This document shows, in pieces, positions 54,270-58,320 of a stretch of DNA of 58,320 bases. The stretch spans positions 1 through 58,320 of the IMG/VR virus record IMGVR_UViG_3300033149_003373; one strand, written 5' to 3'. Under the pieces are notes generated by a model that was not told the DNA's origin, did not search any database, and saw only the letters and a program-made list of their open reading frames with translations. A program made the translations under genes and the position numbers. Positions within the stretch are counted from its first letter, which is position 1. Every line of letters starts with the position of its first letter. The stretch is from a virus. Its lineage: Duplodnaviria; Caudoviricetes.

Positions 54270-55330
54270 TTTTAACTATAGTTATCTGGAGCTTATATTT
54301 ATAAAAACTCCGAATATCTGGAGTTTATGTTATCATATATAATTATATAGATAGGTTTCCTTTAGATATTAAGAGATAGAAAACTATAATGTAGAATTTT
54401 TAAACAGTCTTAATGTATACCTTTAGAGATAAGTGAATGGTTTTTAAATAAAGAAGTAATGAGACTGAATTTCTATGATGTGGTGTGTAGTCGATGTATA
54501 TAAATTAAGTAATAAGACTATATTGAAAAACTATAGAGTAATGGGTAATCGGTGCCTTATGTACTTTTCCAATATCTATTTTCGTGAATAGCTTTTCTAT
54601 AAGATATATCATAGAATATACACATAGAATATATATAATACATATCATATCTCTTTCTCCTTTGTGGTGATAGAAACTATGTATATGTTTTATATAATTT
54701 ATATGTTATATTGTTTATCTATGTATGTATAGTATATACTCTATTATATATATTATATAAGAGTATATAACAATGTGATAAAAGTCTAAAAGTCTAATGG
54801 TTTTCTGTTTGTGTCTCTCTCTATATATTTATATTGTATAATATAGCATAGGTATTGTATAACAGTATGTATAGTAAGCATAGTAGTATAACAATGTTAT
54901 AATTGTTGTAACACAGTATCTATATCTTTTTTATATGGTATATACAATTACTCTTATGACACTACAAGAACTAGAACAATATTGTATAGACAATAACTAT
55001 AATGTAAGTATCAAAAGATATGCTTCATGTGATGCAATAATGATACAACAGGAATAATTTTTTTTGTATATGGATATAACAATGTTATACTTATATATCA
55101 CATAACATATAATACAATACCATAGAATAACTATATACCACTATGCTTAATAACCATAATAACTCTATATATTCTCTTTATATACTTTTCCTATGTATAT
55201 GTCTTATATGAGAATGATAGAGTTGTGTGATGTATATGATAACAACACAGATAACAACAACATAAAATCACACATACAAAACAATCATAACACTATAATC
55301 AATACGTATATACGATATACTGATTATAGA
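54270..55330. other. AT-rich non-coding region between divergent arms (candidate origin/packaging/control region)
   Basis: No ORF of 60 aa or more; TA-dinucleotide-rich; repeated palindromes. Confidence 0.55.
54766..55089. repeat. Three copies of 15-bp palindrome TATAACA-A-TGTTATA
   Basis: Perfect at 54887-54901 and 55075-55089; one mismatch at 54766-54780. Confidence 0.8.
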
Positions 55331-55433
55331 ACATAGGAGATAAATATGATAATAAAACTATGCAATAGTAATGACATCTATATAAAAAACACTAATAAAA
55401 AACACTTAATAATAGCTTATGATGGTGAATAAT

Positions 55434-55604
55434 ATGCTAACTGTAAATGATGTAACTAAATATAATCATAAAACTAATAAACGTATAATTACTAAAACAC
55501 TTTATATTGGTAATGTATTTTATTCTTCAAAAGGTATAGAAATAAGTAATATCAGATATGAAAAACTTAGTGAATTAATAAGAGAAGGAAAATTAACCAT
55601 TTGA
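55434..55604 (+). CDS. Small hypothetical protein, paralog of 57367..57549
   Basis: Shared VND...TN.RI...YS.KGI.IS..RYE...EL...G.L. Confidence 0.7.
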   Translation: MLTVNDVTKYNHKTNKRIITKTLYIGNVFYSSKGIEISNIRYEKLSELIREGKLTI

Positions 55605-55858
55605 AAATAAAGTGAAATATCTTATAAAAACATGAAAAAGTATCAATATAATTAACTATAAAGCCTATTCTATCCGGATAATTCACACTATGTTAAAACA
55701 CCAAATAAACACACTATAAACACTATTATAAACACTGTAATTAGAAATGGATAATATGCTTGTAATGGCCATTAGAATCATTTACTAATAAAAAGATTAA
55801 TTACCCTATAGATAAAAAGATAAAACCTACTAATAAAATGATTTAGGTATAAAAACCT

Positions 55859-56039
55859 TTTATATAAAAGCTATGGAATAGATTGCACAATACCCTATAA
55901 TTAATATATATAATATGTATAGCTACTGTATAGTAAAGACATAAACACTCTATAATATCATATATATCCTGTTATATGTTTTACTTAAGCTGTTACTTTA
56001 TGATTATCGTTTATATAAAAGCTATGTTATCTTTATATA
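55859..56039 (+). promoter_or_regulatory. Early promoter region: 17-bp direct repeat plus TATA box
   Basis: TTTATATAAAAGCTATG at 55859-55875 and 56010-56026; TTTATATA at 56032-56039. Confidence 0.5.
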
Positions 56040-56398
56040 CCCCATAAGTTAATTAATAATACCTTATGGTGAGATAAGAAAAATCTCATCAGGTAAACGC
56101 AATAAAAACACACATAAGACTTATACGATATATGTATTAATTTCATGGGATAACAGATATAAGTTATTTGGTCGCTATGCTAAAAGATAACTTGTAAATG
56201 ATGGTAAACCCACATATACACGATATTTCTTGTCTAAATAAAGACGATATTGCAAAAACAGGAAAAACATTAAAACTAAATAAATAATAGGCATAGATGT
56301 TATTTGTTTCTAAACTTTGTTATTAATCTTATATAAATTGTATGATAAGATAACCTTCAAAAGTTGTTTTATCACTCTTTTTCTATTTATCAGGTAAT

Positions 56399-56469
56399 AA
56401 AGGCATAAGCGAGGATTGATAATATACATTTTGTATATTATGGGAGTTCGGTTCTCCCTGCCCTTTCCA
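56399..56469 (+). ncRNA. tRNA-like element ending in CCA (non-canonical D and anticodon arms)
   Basis: AAAGGCA/TGCCCTT acceptor (6/7 pairs), T-arm GGGAG-TTCGGTT-CTCCC, discriminator T + CCA, 9-bp ATAATATAC/GTATATTAT stem. Confidence 0.55.
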
Positions 56470-56493
56470 TTTATAAATTAAAAGGTGATTAAT

Positions 56494-58280
56494 ATGAAAG
56501 AAATAAAAATGTGGTCTAAAACTTGTCAGAAAGCTTATGATGAGTATAGAAAACAAAGAGATGAAGAATAATGAAATGGGAAGAATTTAAGAAGAAAATG
56601 GATAAAGCAGACACTTTAGGAGATGCAGATAAACTTATAAGAAAATTAACAAAAGAACAGAAAAAAGATTTAATAAAAACATATAAGAAAATGAAAGAAA
56701 TGTCTGGTCTAACTATGCGAGATGTCTATGTTTTATCTTCAACAGAAACAGAATTAAAAATCCAAAAACTGAAAGAGTAATTTTATTTTTATTTTATATT
56801 ATATTTATAGTGATTATTCTTAATTAATGGTGATAATATGAAAGATATATGTTCAAATTGTGGAAATCCATACAATCATATAAAACATTATGTTGAGTGT
56901 TGTAATCAAATAAAAGATAATATAAAACCTATGTTTGATAATAATGGATTATTAAAGTGATAAATATGGAATTAACAAATAAACAAAAGACACATTATGA
57001 AAATTGCCCTTATGTTGAAACTTGTGAATTATGTAAATGGATAACAAAACAATTAAACTTAGGAAAAGAAATGGATGAAATTAAAATATAGTGATTATAT
57101 GAATTCTATAAACTGTTTAAAATGTAACATAAAAATGACATTTATGCCTAAGAATGATATAATCTATTGTAAATCATGTAATTATAGGATGAGGTTTTAA
57201 TTATGAGTAAAAACACGATAGAAGATTTATTAGAAACACTTGAATCTAAAACAGAAAAACAAGAATATCTTAAAAAAATGTATTTAACAACACTTCGTTC
57301 TCTTTTAATTGATGCTAATAATAGATTTGAGAAATTAAATAAATCATGTAATTATTCGGTGAGAATATGAAACAAGTAAATGATATAAGAGAAGTAGTTT
57401 ATACAAATAGAAGAATAGTAAAACCTTTAATGATAAACCATTCTGGTGGCGTTACTATACTTTATTCTCAAAAAGGAATTAAAATAAGTGAAGAAAGATA
57501 CGAAACAATGCAGGAATTGGTCTTAAAAGGCAGACTTTTTAAATTATAAGGTGATAAAATGATAACAAAAGAAGAATTCTTATATAATACTAAAGATGAT
57601 GAAGTCTTTTGTTTAATACATGAAGCTCTGTCAAGACTAAATGAACTTTATGCAGAAGAAGATAAAAAACCAATTACTATTTTAGATAAGGATATAAAAG
57701 TTATTTCTGAACAAATGATTACAAATATAAAAAGTCAGGTCTGGTTATAATGAATAAATTTTATTTTAATCTTTCAACAAAAGAGAAAAAGAAATTTAGA
57801 GAAATTGTAAATGATTTAATTAAAAACAGGAAAGCACAAAGAGATATATATAATAAAAATATAATTAAATGCCTTAATGACACTATTAAACGAATGGAAG
57901 AAGTTAAACAAAGTAAATATCCATTAAGTCATATTCAGAAAGTAAATGATTCATGTTCAAAATATATAAGCAATTTTGTTAGAGGTGATTAAATGATAAG
58001 ATTAGAGAATTTAGGAACAGTAAACAGAAATAAAGTTATTATTGGAAACTTAACCTTATGGTTTAGTTATGAAACAATAGTAGCTTTTCAAGATGAAACA
58101 GGTTTAAAATGCAGTGAAAATATATGGAGTAGAACAACAGGAAAATTATTAAACATGATATGCGATAAAAATGAAAGAATACCAAATAAAGATTTTGAAA
58201 GAGAATTAAGACTATGTTTAATAAGACATAATTTTTATTTGGAAAAAGTTGTTGAAGAACTTCAAGAAATAGAAGCTTAA
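56494..58280 (+). other. Start of the rightward early cluster of small hypothetical genes (56571..56780, 57367..57549, 57559..57750, 57750..57992, 57993..58280 and shorter ORFs)
   Basis: Contiguous ORFs with GGTGA SD; continues through the junction into position 120 onward. Confidence 0.7.
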
Positions 58281-58320
58281 TTTTTTTATTTTCTTATTTT
58301 ATAATTATATATTAAAGGCG
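58207..58320. repeat. Terminal direct repeat, right copy
   Basis: Identical to 1-114. Confidence 0.97.

Noticed and set aside
56399-56469. Functional tRNA-Lys(UUU)
   Set aside because: Forcing a 7-nt loop gives A at position 33 and U at 37, and the D-arm lacks a stem; reported as tRNA-like instead.

Overview
The window is an apparently complete circular or terminally redundant genome (about 58,206 bp; bases 1-114 recur exactly at 58207-58320) of an AT-rich tailed dsDNA virus. The host is probably archaeal, possibly DPANN. Support for this: pervasive GGTGA Shine-Dalgarno motifs, TTTATATA boxes, Hjc-like, PCNA-like and LSm-like genes, and N-glycosylation-sequon-rich surface proteins. A rightward arm (about 56.5 kb through the junction to 18.8 kb) holds many small early genes, including a DUF6745-like / SQVx-repeat / MoxR-AAA / VWA-metallopeptidase locus. 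A leftward arm (about 54 kb down to 18.8 kb) holds the morphogenetic module: TerL, portal, protease-scaffold-capsid fusion, head-tail connectors, tail tube, short tape measure and hub, interleaved with secreted or membrane glycoproteins. An AT-rich control region (about 54-56.5 kb) separates the arms and carries palindromic operators and candidate structured RNAs, one of them tRNA-like. I recognised no DNA polymerase, primase/helicase, integrase, reverse transcriptase or CRISPR array. All family assignments come from motif recognition by eye; no database search or folding program was run.
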